In this document: piece by piece, positions 1 to 12,093 of the stretch
Position numbering within the stretch: position 1 is the first letter of the stretch
Layout: every line of letters starts with the position of its first letter
Notes under the pieces: generated by a model
Told to the model about the DNA's origin: nothing
What the model saw: the letters and a program-made list of their open reading frames with translations, nothing else
Database searches by the model: none
Program-made: the position numbers and the translations under genes
Assembly: GCA_963830065.1 (NCBI GenBank)
Contig: CAWHLA010000008.1
Span: 1-64,000 of the forward strand
DNA from: an uncultured Thermoleophilaceae bacterium
Lineage (GTDB): Bacteria; Actinomycetota; Thermoleophilia; Solirubrobacterales; Thermoleophilaceae
Direction: 5' to 3'
DNA length: 64,000 nt

Positions 1-640
1 GTTCGCCGGGGTCATCGGCCGGGACAGGAGGCCGACCACTTCGACCTCGTCGCCGACCCGGACCGCGTCGAGGAAACCGGGGTCGGTGTCGCCAATGACC
101 CGCTCGACGGAGAGCCGCAGCCGCCCGGACGCCGGTTTCCAGCCGCCGCCGAGGTACAGTTCGCGGACGATCAGCACCGTCACCGCCCGGTCGGTCTTGC
201 GGGCCGGGCCGTACAGGTCGGTCCGGCCCGCCCGGCGGACGGTCGGCGGCTCGTCGATCACCCCGCGGACCTTCGCCACGACCGGGGCCGGGCCGGCGGA
301 ATTGCCGATATCGTCCGCGTCGAAACTGCGGACATGGGTGTGGTGGCGGGCGGCCGCCAGCCCGGCGAAAGCAAACCCAGAGGGCGGCGACCGCGAGGTC
401 CGGCCGCCGGGCGCAGGGCGACGACCCAGGCGACCAGCCCGCCGACGGCGGCCGCCAGCTCGGCGTCCAGCGGCAGCGGCAAGTAGCGGTCGGCGACCAG
501 GCCGGCGGCGACGGCCAGGGCGACCGGCACGAGCAGGGCGCGGGCGAACTCCCGCCACGCCGGCTCGGCCGGCCGCGGCGGGGCGGGGTCGTCCGGCGGC
601 GGGACGGTCGGTTCGGGCGATGTCGTCATCGGTACGCTCG
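1..640 (-). CDS. ComEC/Rec2-like N-terminal (DUF4131-like) fragment. It runs off the window start and is frameshifted.
   Basis: The minus-strand translation [14 protein letters not shown]...[21 protein letters not shown] (TM helices) is followed by ...[12 protein letters not shown]...VRGVIDEPP...[61 protein letters not shown]. This matches the ComEC N-terminal domain pattern. The reading frame switches at least once. Confidence 0.35.
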
Positions 641-677
641 CGCCGCCGGCTGGTCGAACGCGAGTCGTACCTTCTGA

Positions 678-1789
<1,112 letters not shown>

Positions 1790-1793
<4 letters not shown>

Positions 1794-3060
1794 CCTACTC
1801 GACGGCGCGGCCGCGTGGCTCCGCGAGCGGCTGTGGTATCGCCGAGTCGCGGCCGGGTCCGTGGCGTGGGCTCGTGTGGCTCGGCAGCCTCGCATCGGCG
1901 GACGGGCGCAAGGACGCCGACCTGAACGGCGAACTCGTCGGGGCCGACCACCTCGCGTTCTACACCGCCGCCCGGCTGATCCGCGACGGCCGGCCGGAGC
2001 AGCTGTACAACTACGACGTACCTCGACGAGAGTACCAGAGCGAACTCCTCGGCCGTGGGACTGGTGGACGGCGTTCGGGCTACCGCAACCCGCCGTTCTA
2101 CGCGCTGCTCTACCTCCCGACCGCCGGCCTGCCGTTCTACGCCGAGCTGCCGTGTCTGGACCGCGGCAGTCGGCTTCGCGCTGCCTGTCGCGCTCGCGAT
2201 CGTCAGCCTGCCTGCCGGCCGGACCGCACCCGTGGCCGCGCGCTCCCTGTGGGCGCTCACGTTCTACCCGGTGTTCGCGCGCCGATCAGCTTCGGGCAGA
2301 ACACGCTGCTCAGCCTCGGCGATCTTCGCCGGCGTGTACCGCCTGCTCGCGGCGACCGGCCGTTCGCCGCCGGGCTGGTCGCGGGGTTGCTCTGGTTCAA
2401 GCCGCAGCTGCTGCTCGGGCTGTTCGTGTGGTGGGCTGCTCGAATCCGCCGGCATATGGCCGTGCTGGCTCGGGGTGCGCGTCACCGGGGCGGTCCTCGC
2501 GGCGGTCAGTTGGCTCGCGCTGCCGGAGGCGTCGCGGGCGTTCGTCGGGACGCTCCGCGAGAACGTCGGGTTCGGCGGCGAGCAGTGGAACAAGCACACC
2601 CCGCGGGCGTTCTGGCGCGCTGCTCCTGCCGGGCCTGCCGCCGGCGGCGGTGACGCTGAGCTCGCTGACCCGCGGGTGCGTCGTTCGGCTCGCGGCCGCG
2701 GCTCGCTGGCGGTCGCGTGGTCGTCTGGCGCGGCGGACCGGCGGGCCGACCTGCTGTGATGTTCCCCGTCGCCGTGTTCCTGTCGCTGCTGGGCGTCGCC
2801 GCACACGCTCGTCTACGAGTGGGCGCTGCTCGTCGCCGCCGCCGTCCTGTGGTGACCGGTTCCCGCCGCGACTCGCGCGACGTGTGGCTCGTGCCTGTTC
2901 GCGCTGGCGTGGCTGGTGCTGGCCGTCGAGCACGCCGCTGCGCCAAGCTGCAGTTGAACGGTCGTCCCGATGGCCGTGCAGGTCGAGCGTGCCGGTGCTC
3001 GGGTGGGCGTGTCGGCTGGCGCGGCGCGCGGGAGTTGGCGCGGTCGGCGGACCGCGATAG
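1790..3060 (+). CDS. DUF2029 / GT87-like integral-membrane glycosyltransferase-like protein, frameshifted
   Basis: [25 protein letters not shown]...[22 protein letters not shown] and [26 protein letters not shown] hydrophobic segments sit in different frames. The end point is uncertain. Confidence 0.4.
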
Positions 3061-3235
3061 CCGCGACCGTCCGGCGGTCGTCGGGACGTGGCGCACCGAC
3101 AGCTCGCACCGACTGCCGAACCGGCGGCCGGCTCCTTGACCGACCCGCGCGGGGCGCAGAATCCCGACAGTCCGGCCGCACACCGCCCGTGCCCCGCCTC
3201 GCCGGCCACGCCTCCTCCTGACGGACACCGCGGAC

Positions 3236-4491
3236 ATGGCCAGCGGCGCGTCGGCTTGTGGCTGATCGGTGCGTGCGGCGGCGTCGGCAGCACGACCGCC
3301 CTCGGGCTCGCCGCCCTGGCCCGCGGGCTCGACCCCGACGACCGGCCTGGTCACCGCCCTGCCCCAGTTCGCCGGCCTCGACCTCGACGCGCCGGCCGCG
3401 TTCGTCGTCGGCGGGCACGACATCCGGCAGGCGTACTTCCGCCGCGGCCGTCGGCGAACTGCACGCAGCGGTCGAACGTCTTCGACGACCGCACGTCTGA
3501 CCGGCGTGCGACGGCCGACCTGGACGCGTGGTCGGCGAACGTCCGGCCCGGGGTGGTGTACCAGGCCGAACGCCGACGATCGCGGCCCTGGCCGACCGCC
3601 CCGACGTGCGGCCGTGCCGACACGCCGCGCGAGGCCGATCGAGCAGATCCAGGCCGACCTGCAAGGCGTTCCAGACCGCGCACAAGCTCGATCAGGTCGT
3701 GGTGGTGAACGCGGCCTCCACCGAGCCGCCGTTCGAGCTCGGCCGACGAGCACCAGTCGCTCGAGCGGCTCCTGCCGGCGCCTCGACCGCGCCGCGCCCG
3801 CCGGCCCTGCCGACGAGCAGCCTGTACGCCTTCGCCGCGCTCGACGCCGGGTTCCCGTACGTGAACCTCACGCCGTCGCCGCGGGGCGACGCTGCCCGGC
3901 GCTCGAGGAACTGGCCCGCAAGCGCGGACGTGCCGCACGGCGGGCAGGACCTGCAAGACCGGCGAGACGCTGCTGAAGTCGGTGCTGGCCCCGATGTTCG
4001 CCCGGCGGAACCTGCAGGTGCTGAGCTGGGTCGGGCACAACATCCTCGGCAACCGCGACGGGCTGGTGCTGAACGACCCGGAGAACAAGGCGTCGAAGGT
4101 GAAGAGCAAGGACGCAGCTGCTCGCGGAATTGCTCGGCTACAAGCCGCAGTCGCACGTGTCGATCGAGTACATCGAGTCGCTGGACGACTGGAAGACGGC
4201 GTGGGACCACATCCACTTCGAGGGCTTCCTCGGCACGAAGATGACGCTGCAGTTCACCTGGCAGGGGTGCGACTCGCTGCTGGCGGCCCCGCTGGTGATC
4301 GACCTGGCCCGGCTGGCGCTGCTCGCCCAGCGGCGCGGCGAGAGCGGGCTGATGCCGCACCTGGCGTGCTTCTTCAAGAGCCCGATCGGGCGTGGCCGAA
4401 CACGACTTCGGCAAGCAGTTCGCGATGCTGGAAGCAGTACCTGCAAGCGCAGCCGCAGAGACACAGAGGACACGGACGGATGAACGCGTGA
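3236..4491 (+). CDS. myo-inositol-1-phosphate (inositol-3-phosphate) synthase, at least 5 frameshifts
   Basis: VGLWLIGACGGVGSTTALGLAAL, FAGLDLDAPAAFVVGGHDIRQAY, LDQVVVVNAASTEPPFEL, LYAFAALDAGFPYVNLTPSP, MLAPMFARRNLQVLSWVGHNILGNRDGLVLNDPENKASKVKSKD and HVSIEYIESLDDWKTAWDHIHFEGFLGTKMTLQFTWQGCDSLLAAPLVIDLARLALLAQRRGESG are spread over three frames. Confidence 0.65.
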
Positions 4492-4532
4492 TCAATCCGA
4501 TCTGTCTGTCATCCTCGTGTCCTCTGTGACTC
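4456..4532. terminator. Imperfect 19-21-bp inverted repeat with a 27-nt loop at the 3-prime end of the inositol-phosphate synthase gene
   Basis: cacagaggacacggacggatg ... catcctcgtgtcctctgtg. The arms are reverse complements apart from a 2-nt bulge. Confidence 0.3.
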
Positions 4533-4562
4533 CGTGGTCGATCTCGCTTCACGAGACCACTC

Positions 4563-5451
4563 ATGCAACTCGCCTTCAGCACCAACGCCTACCTGAACCA
4601 CTCCTTCGCCGACGCCGTGCACGCGGCTGGCGGCGATCGGCTACCGCGGCGTCGAGATCATGGCCGACGTGCCGCACGCCTGGCCGGCGTACCTGCTCCC
4701 CGAGCAGAAGCAGGCCATCCGCGACGCCCTGGCGCAGAACAACCTGGCGATCTCGAACATCAACGCCTTCATGATGCACGCGGTCAACGACCCCCGGCAG
4801 AAGTACTGGCACCCGTCGTGGATCGAGCCGGACCGCCACTACCGCCAGGTCCGCATCGACCACACGAAGCGGGCCCTGACGCTGGCGAAGGAACTGGGCG
4901 CGACGTGCATCACCACCGAGCCGGGCGGGCCGGTCGAAGGGCGGCCGTGGGCCGAGTGCCTGAAGCTGTTCGTCGAGATGCTCAAGCCGGTCGTCGAGCA
5001 CGCGGAGAAGGAGGGGGTGCTGCTGCTGGTCGAGCCGGAGCCGGACCTGCTGATCGAGACGGCCGACCAGTACCTGGAGTTCGCGGCGACAGATCTCGTC
5101 GCCGTGCCTCGGGCTGAACTTCGACATCGGCCACTCGTACTGCGTCGAAGCGACGACCCGGCCGCGACGGTCCGCCGGCTGGCGAAGCTACATCCGCCAC
5201 GTCCACCTGGAAGACATCGCCGCGACGCGGGTCCACCACCACCTGATCCCCGGCGAGGGCGCGATCGACTTCGGCAGCGACGCTCGACGGCGCTGAAGGA
5301 CATCGGCTACGACGGCTGGGTGACGATCGAGCTGTACACCTGCCACGAGAACCCGGACCACGCCGCACGGACGGCCCGCGAGCGGGTGCTGAAGATCGCG
5401 GAGGACGTCGGGGTTGACGTTGGCGTGATTACTTCGATCGGCACTTCGTAG
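4563..5451 (+). CDS. Sugar phosphate isomerase/epimerase (xylose isomerase-like TIM barrel), frameshifted
   Basis: MQLAFSTNAYLNHSFADAVHAAG, then IGYRGVEIMADVPHAWPAYLLPEQKQAIRDALAQNNLAISNINAFMMH...TLAKELGATCITTEPGG...VLLLVEPEPDLLIET, then DIGHSYCVE...YIRHVHLEDIAATRVHHHLIPGEGAIDFG, then LKDIGYDGWVTIELYTCHENPDHAARTARERVLKIAED, in alternating frames. Confidence 0.6.
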
Positions 5452-6199
5452 CGATCGTGCCGAGCACGGTGCCTTCGCTTCACGCCGTGGCAGCTCGCGC
5501 ACGGCTTCCTCAGGGCGGGCACCACCGTTGCGGCGCCGGACGACCGGCTTGCCGTCCTTCGTCGCCGACCTGTTCGAGGTACGGCCTTGCCGTCCTTCAT
5601 CGCCGTACCGCCAGCTTCTCGAACCCGTCGTCGCCACGTTCTCGTCGCCCTCCGGCTAGCCGAGCGCACGTCGACCAGCCGGACGTAGTGGTGCCCTGCT
5701 TGTTCATCGCGTCGGAACGGCGGCACGCCACGCGTCGCCGTCCGGCGCGTGTCGCTCTGCTGGCGGACGTACGTCTCGGTGATGCCGATGACGGCGGTCT
5801 TGTCGCAGGTCGTCGAGCTTCTTCGCCTCGCTCCTGCGCCCGCTTCACCGCCTCGGGCTCGGCCGGCTCCTTCTGGCCGGTCGGCCACGACGCGACCGCC
5901 CGAGCCGACGCCGATCAGCGACGCTCGACCAACGACGCAGACAGCACGCGAATCCGCCGCATGACATCTCCTGCAACAGGAAAGGGCGATCCGCATGCGA
6001 CCAGTCTGCGGCGTGCTTGATTACGGATGTCAACGTCCTATATCGGCGACACGCCGCACGCGATCTAGCTCGCTCGTCTTCCAGCAGCACTTCGGCGCTC
6101 GAGTCCTCGCGCGTCCTCCAGCCACGCCACGTCGCCGGAGTCCGCGAACCGCTTCACGCCGACCTCCTTGATCGCCGCGTCCGGCACCACCTTCAGCGG

Positions 6200-6924
6200 C
6201 GTGTACCGCGGGTGGTGGCTCTCCTTGTACGGGTCGTTCGCGGGCGGCGTTGTAGCAGCAGATCATCGCCCACCGCGGGTTGTCGCTCCTGTTCTGGTCG
6301 CTGCGGTGCAGCAGGTTCGAGTGGAAGAACAGCGCGTCGCCCGGGTCCATCTCGACGTACACGAGCGGGAACTGCTCCGGCCGCTTCAGCAATCTCCTCG
6401 ACCCGCTCGCGGTCGGCCCCGGCCTGGTCGCCGGTGAGGACGTGGTTGATCCGCCCGCAGTGGTGCGAGTTCTTGATCACCTGCAGGCAGCCGTTCTCCT
6501 TCGTGCACGGATCGACCGCGATGAACACGCTGGTGAGGTCAGCGGGTCAGCACGCCGTTCTGGTACCAGTAGCCGTAGTCCTGGTGCCACGCCCACGCCC
6601 CGCCGACCTTCGCGTCCTTCAGGATCATCTTCGAGTGGTAGTGGTACACCTCGCCGCCGAGCAGCTTCTCGCACGACCGGACCATCCGCTCGCACCGGGC
6701 GAACATGCCGTAGATGCCGTCGCCGGGGTGGTTCCACAGCGACAGCCGCACCACGCCCGCCCTCGCCGTCGGCCCGGCCGAACGACCGCTTGTCGAGTTC
6801 GTTGTCCTCCTTCGCGGACCGCTGGAGCAGGTCGATCTCCTCGGCGTCGAAGAACCCCTTGGCGAGGACGTAGCCGTCGGCGTGGTACTGGCGGACCGCG
6901 GTCGTCGGAGAGGATCGGCGGCAT
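6200..6924 (-). CDS. Phytanoyl-CoA dioxygenase (PhyH) family protein, frameshifted
   Basis: Minus-strand frames carry MPPILSDDR / [154 protein letters not shown] and [48 protein letters not shown]. Confidence 0.6.
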
Positions 6925-7020
6925 GGCGAAACTCCGTGGAAGTGGATGGTCGATTCGCGACGTCGGTTGCGGTTACCATATCCGCAAATCGCGCCCTCCC
7001 CCAACCCGCCAGCGTCACAC

Positions 7021-10000
7021 CATGCGAATCGCTCACTCGTCCTGCTGCTCGTCCTGCTCGCCGCTCGCCGCGCTCGCGGCCGACGCCGCCGCACCCGAAG
7101 CCCGCCGACCGGCCGATCCCGCCGAAGGACGCGCCGCGAAAGATGACCGTGCCCGACGGGCTTCAAGGTCACGCTGTTCGCCGGCGAGCCGGACGTCGTG
7201 CAGCCGATCGCGTTCACGTTCGACGACCGCGGCCGGATGTGGGTCGTCGAGTGCCTCAGCTACCCGAAGTGGCGGCAGGACGGCAAGGGCAACGACCGCG
7301 TCGTCATCCTCGAAGACACCGACGGCGACGGCACGCACGACAAGAAGACCGTGTTCCTCGACAACGGCGTCGAACCTCTCCGGCATCGAACTCGGCTTCG
7401 GCGGCGTGTGGCTCTGCTCGTCGCCGAACCTCGTGTTCGTCCCCGACCTCGACAGGACGACAAGCCGGACGGCCCGCCGGAGGTGATGCTCGACGGCTGG
7501 AACATGAAGGACACCAAGCACAACGTCTTCAACTCCTGCTGGGGGCCGGACGGCTGGCTGTACGGCTGCAACGGCATCCAGGCGAAGGCGTGGGTCGGCA
7601 AGCCCGGCACGCCGGACAAGGACCGCGTCGTACATCGACTGCGGCGTGTGGCGCTACCACCCGACGCGGAAGACGTTCGAGGCGGTCGCCCACGGCACGA
7701 CCAACCCGTTCGGCCTCGACTGGGACGACTACGGCGAGATGTTCATCACCAACTGCGTGATCGACCACCTGTTCCACGTCGTCCCCGGCGGGCACTACGA
7801 GCGGATGTACGGCCAGGACGCGAACCCGCACACCTACGGGCTGATGAAGAGCTGCGTCGACCACAAGCACTGGGCCGGCGGCGACTGGACGAGTTCGCGC
7901 ACGACCGGCGTCGGCGGCGAAGCCGGAGCACTGCGACGCCGGCGGCGGCCACGCCCACAGCGGGCTGCGCGATCTACCTCGGCGACAACTTCCCGGCCGA
8001 GTACCGCAACACGCTGTTCACCTGCAACATCCACGGCAACCGGCTCAACCACGACGGCCTCGAACGCACCAGGAGCGGGCTACGTCGGCGTGCACGCCGC
8101 CGGACTTCCTGTTCGCCAACGACTCGTGGTTCCGCGGCATCTGCGTGAAGGACGGCCCGGACGGCGGGCTGTACGTCAGCGACTGGTGCGACACCGGCGA
8201 GTGCCACAACTACGACATGGCCGACACGACCAACGGCCGCATCTACCGCGTCGTGTACGGCGACGCCGAAGCCGTGGAAGGGCGACGTGTCGAAGCTGAC
8301 CGACGCGGAGCTGGTGAAGCTGCAACTGCACGCCGAACGACTGGTTCGTGCGGCAGGCCCGGCGGGTGCTGCAGGAGCGCGCCGCGGCCGGGAAGCTGGA
8401 GAAGGAGACCGCCGACGCGCTGCGGAAGCTGCTGAAGGACGACCGAGGACGTGCACCTGGAAGCTGCGGGCGCTGTGGGCGCTGCACGCGATCGGCGGGC
8501 TGACCGCGACGGACCTGCGTCGACCTGCTCGCGACACGCCGACGACGACGTCCGGGCGTGGGCCGTCCTGCTCGCCGTCGGAGCCGAGCACGCCGGCGAC
8601 GGAGCTCGTCGAGCGACTCGTCGCAGGCGACCGGCACGGAGGAGTCGCACGTTCGTGCTGCATCGTCGCCGGGGCGCTCCAGCGGCTGCACCGACGCCGA
8701 ACGGCCGCGAGCCTCGCGCGGCCGCCCTGCGTCAAGCGCGAGTCCTCGACACGGACGACCCGAACCTCGCGCTGCTGATGCTGGTACGCGCGTGCAGCAG
8801 GCGGTCGCCAGCACAGACCGAGGAGGCCGACTGGCTCGGCTTCCTCGATCGACGCCGACGCGCACCCGCTCGTCGCCGGCAACATCGCCCGGTACCTCGT
8901 CGCACCGGCCCGGCGACGAGCGCGACGCCCGGCTGACCGTCCTGATCGGCACATGACGCGAAGCACGGCTGCGAGCCGAGTCCAGCTCGACGTCCTGCTC
9001 GGCATCCGCGAAGCGCTCGCCGGGCTGCGCGAGCATCCCGCGCCGGCAGGGCTGGAGGCACGTGTACCCGGCAGCTCGCGCGAGCAGCGACCGCCGGAGG
9101 TCCGCACGCGAGGCCGAGGCGCTCGCCGTGCTGTTCGGCGACAAGGACGCGATCGCCGACGCTCGAAGCCCGCGTCACCGACACCAAGGCGAACCGGCCG
9201 ACGACCGGCGCCGCGGCCGTCGAACTGCTCGCCCGCCGCAAGCTCGCCGGACTTCGCCGACGACGCTCCAGCGGCTTGCTCGACGACCCGGCCGTGCGCG
9301 GCGCCGCGGTCCGCGGCGCTCGCCGCGCTTCCCCGACGCCGACACCCCGGCCGCGATCCTCAAGGCGTACCCGAAGTTCACCGCCGAGCCGAGAAGCCGA
9401 CGCGGTGCAGACGCTCGCGTCGCGCGCCGGCGTGCGCGAAGGCGCTGCTCGACGCCGTCGAGAAGGGCACGTCCCGCGGGCCGACGTGCCGCGTCGTCGC
9501 CGCCCGGCAGGTCCTCGCGCTCAACGACAAGGCGCTGACCGCCCGGCTCGAAAAGGTCTGGGGCAAGATCCGCCCGGCGTCGAAGGAGCGCGCCGCGCTC
9601 ACGAAGAAGTGGAAGGGCGACGCTCACCGACCGACGCGCTCAAGAAGGCCGACTGGCGCAACGGCCGGGTGCTGTTCACCAAGCACTGCGCCGCGTGCCA
9701 CAAGATGTTCGGCGAGGGGGCAGACGTCGGCCCGGAACTGACCGGCTCGCAGCGGACGAACCTCGACTACGTCCTCGAAAACGTCCTCGACCCGAGCGCC
9801 GTCGTGCCCCGCGAGTTCCGGATGATCGAACTTCACCCTCGACCGACGACCGCGCTCGTGTCCGGGCATCGTCCTCCGCGAGACGAAGGACGCGGTGACG
9901 GTCCGCACGACGAACGACACGCGTGATCCTGCCGACGCGCGACATCGACGCGCCGCAAGCCGACGAACGTGTCGATCATGCCCGAGGGGCTGTTCGACCA

Positions 10001-10075
10001 GATGAAGCCCGACGAGGTGCGCGACCTGGTCGCGTACCTGCGGGCGAAGGAACAGGTGCCGATACCGAAGTGAAG
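7021..10075 (+). CDS. PVC-type membrane-bound dehydrogenase domain protein with HEAT repeats and a C-terminal cytochrome c (CxxCH) domain, about 1000 aa, with many frameshifts
   Basis: Signal peptide MRIAHS(L)LLLVLLAA..., then [235 protein letters not shown]-like [18 protein letters not shown], and [62 protein letters not shown] ... [49 protein letters not shown]. This domain architecture is typical of Planctomycetota/Verrucomicrobiota. Confidence 0.7.
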
Positions 10076-10157
10076 TCGAAGCGGCCGCCGTCCAGGCCGG
10101 CAGGCCGGCACGATCCGAAGCTGCCGTTCGCGACTCGCTGTCGTTCGGGATCGCGCC

Positions 10158-11931
10158 ATGCGATCCGCCTGCTCGCCGGAGCTCGTCCATGTTCACCGCT
10201 GCCTGTCCTCGCTCTGCTGTTCGCGCGCTCATGCTCACTCGCCGTCCTCGTTCCCGCCGAGCGGCCCGACCGCCCGCCGCCGGCAAGGCCGGGCGGTCGG
10301 TCGACCGTCGCCACCAACGGCATGGTCGCCACCAGCCACCCGCTCGCGGCCCAGGTCGGCCTCGACGTGCTCAAGAAGGGCGGCAACGCGGTCGACGCGG
10401 CCATCGCCACCAACGCCGCGATGGGCCTCATGGAGCCGATGTCGTGCGGCATCGGCGGCGACCTGTTCGCCATCGTCTGGGACGCCAAGACGCAGAAGCT
10501 CTACGGCCTCAACGCCAGCGGCCGGTCGCCCGTGCAAGGCGACGCTGCGAGTTCTTCGACGAGCAAGGGGCTCGACGGAGATTCCCGACGCACGGGCCCG
10601 CTGTGCTGGTCGGTGCCCGGGTGCGTGGACGGCTGGGACGAGCTGCGGCAGAAGTTCGGCACGCATGCCGTTCGAGGAGCTGCTCGCGCCGAGCATCGCG
10701 CTACGCCGAGAAGGGCGTTCCCGGTGCCGGAGGTGATCGCCGGCTACTGGCGGACGCGCCGAGACGAGCTCGCGACGACCCCGACTGCGGCGAAGATCTA
10801 CCTGCGCCGACGGCCAGTGCCCCGCGGGCCGGCGAGGTGTTCAAGAACCCGCGCCCTGGCCGAGCACCTACCGCGATGATCGCCGAGGGCGGCCGCGACG
10901 CCTTCTACAAGGGCGAGATCGCCGAGAAGCTCGTCGCGTTCTCGGACAGAAGCGGCGGGCTGTTCGCGACGAAGGACTTCGCCGAGCACACGTCCGAGTG
11001 GGTCGAGCCGGTGAAGACGACGCTACCGCGGCTACGACGTGTGGGAACTGCCGCCGCCGGGCCAGGGCATCGCCGTGCTGCAGATGCTCAACCTGCTCGA
11101 ACCGCTACGACCTCAAGAAGCTGGGGCCGACGTCGCCCGACTACTGGCACCTGTTCGTCGAGGCGAAGAAGCTCGCCTACGCCGACCGGGCGAAGTTCTA
11201 CGCCGACCCGCGAGTTCGCCAAGGTGCCGGTCGCCGAGCTGATCTCGAAGGCGTACGCCGACGGAGCGCGCGCAAGCTGATCGACCCGAACGAAGGCGCT
11301 GACCGACGTCCCCGCCGGCGACCCGAAGCTCGGCACGGCCGACACGATCTACCTCTGCGTCGTGGACAAGGACCGCAACTGCGTGTCGCTGATCCAGAGC
11401 AACTACTACGGCTTCGGCTCCGGGCTGCGCGCCCGGCGACCTGGGCTTCGCGCATCCAGAACCGCGGCATGCCTGTTCGCCCTCGACGAGAACGCACGCC
11501 AACCGCCTCGAAGCCGGGCAAGCGGCCGTTCCACACGATCATCCCGGCGATGGTGACGAAGGACGGCAAGCCGTGGTTCACGTTCGGCGTGATGGGCGGC
11601 GACATGCAGCCGCAGGGGCACGTGCAGGTGCTGGTGAACCTGATCGACTTCGGCATGAACGTGCAGGCAGGCCGGCGAGGCGCCGCGGGTCGAGCACGTC
11701 GGCTCGCGCGACGCCGACCGGGCAGCCCGGCGACGCCGAACGGCGGCACGGTCCAGGCCGAGCCGGGCATCCCGGACGACGGTCGTGGAGGAGCTGACGC
11801 GCCGCGGGCACACGGTCGAGCGCGTGCGGCGTCAACGGCGGCGGCTACCAGGGCATCCTGATCGACCCGAAGACGGGCGTGCTGCACGGCGGCAGCGAGG
11901 CCCGCAAGGACGGGCGGCGGTGGGGTATTGA
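10158..11931 (+). CDS. ggt: Gamma-glutamyltransferase, at least 5 frameshifts
   Basis: [180 protein letters not shown](AAVGY*). The C-terminus is only recovered after a 1-nt shift. Confidence 0.7.
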
Positions 11932-11974
11932 GGTAGGCCGTCCGCCGGACTCCGCACTTTTCTGACATAACCCG

Positions 11975-12002
11975 TTGACAACGACGGGGACTCGGGTATC
12001 TT
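11975..12002 (+). promoter_or_regulatory. Sigma-70-like promoter (TTGACA-N16-TATCTT) upstream of the giant secreted-protein gene
   Basis: cccgTTGACAacgacggggactcgggTATCTTccg lies about 90 nt upstream of the ATG at 12094. Confidence 0.35.
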
Positions 12003-12093
12003 CCGCGTCCCGTTCCCGGGATACTACGCCCCTGCCCGCCCGCCGCACCTGCGGTCCGGGCCTGTCCTGAACCCACGGAAGGGCCGGCAGTCC

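Noticed and set aside
5450-6030. A coding gene between the sugar isomerase and phyH, with a 25-bp direct repeat at 5546-5609
   Set aside because: No frame gave a convincing protein. The repeat (ggcttgccgtccttcgtcgccgacc / ggccttgccgtccttcatcgccgtacc) may be coding or regulatory, but the region is too error-prone to call.
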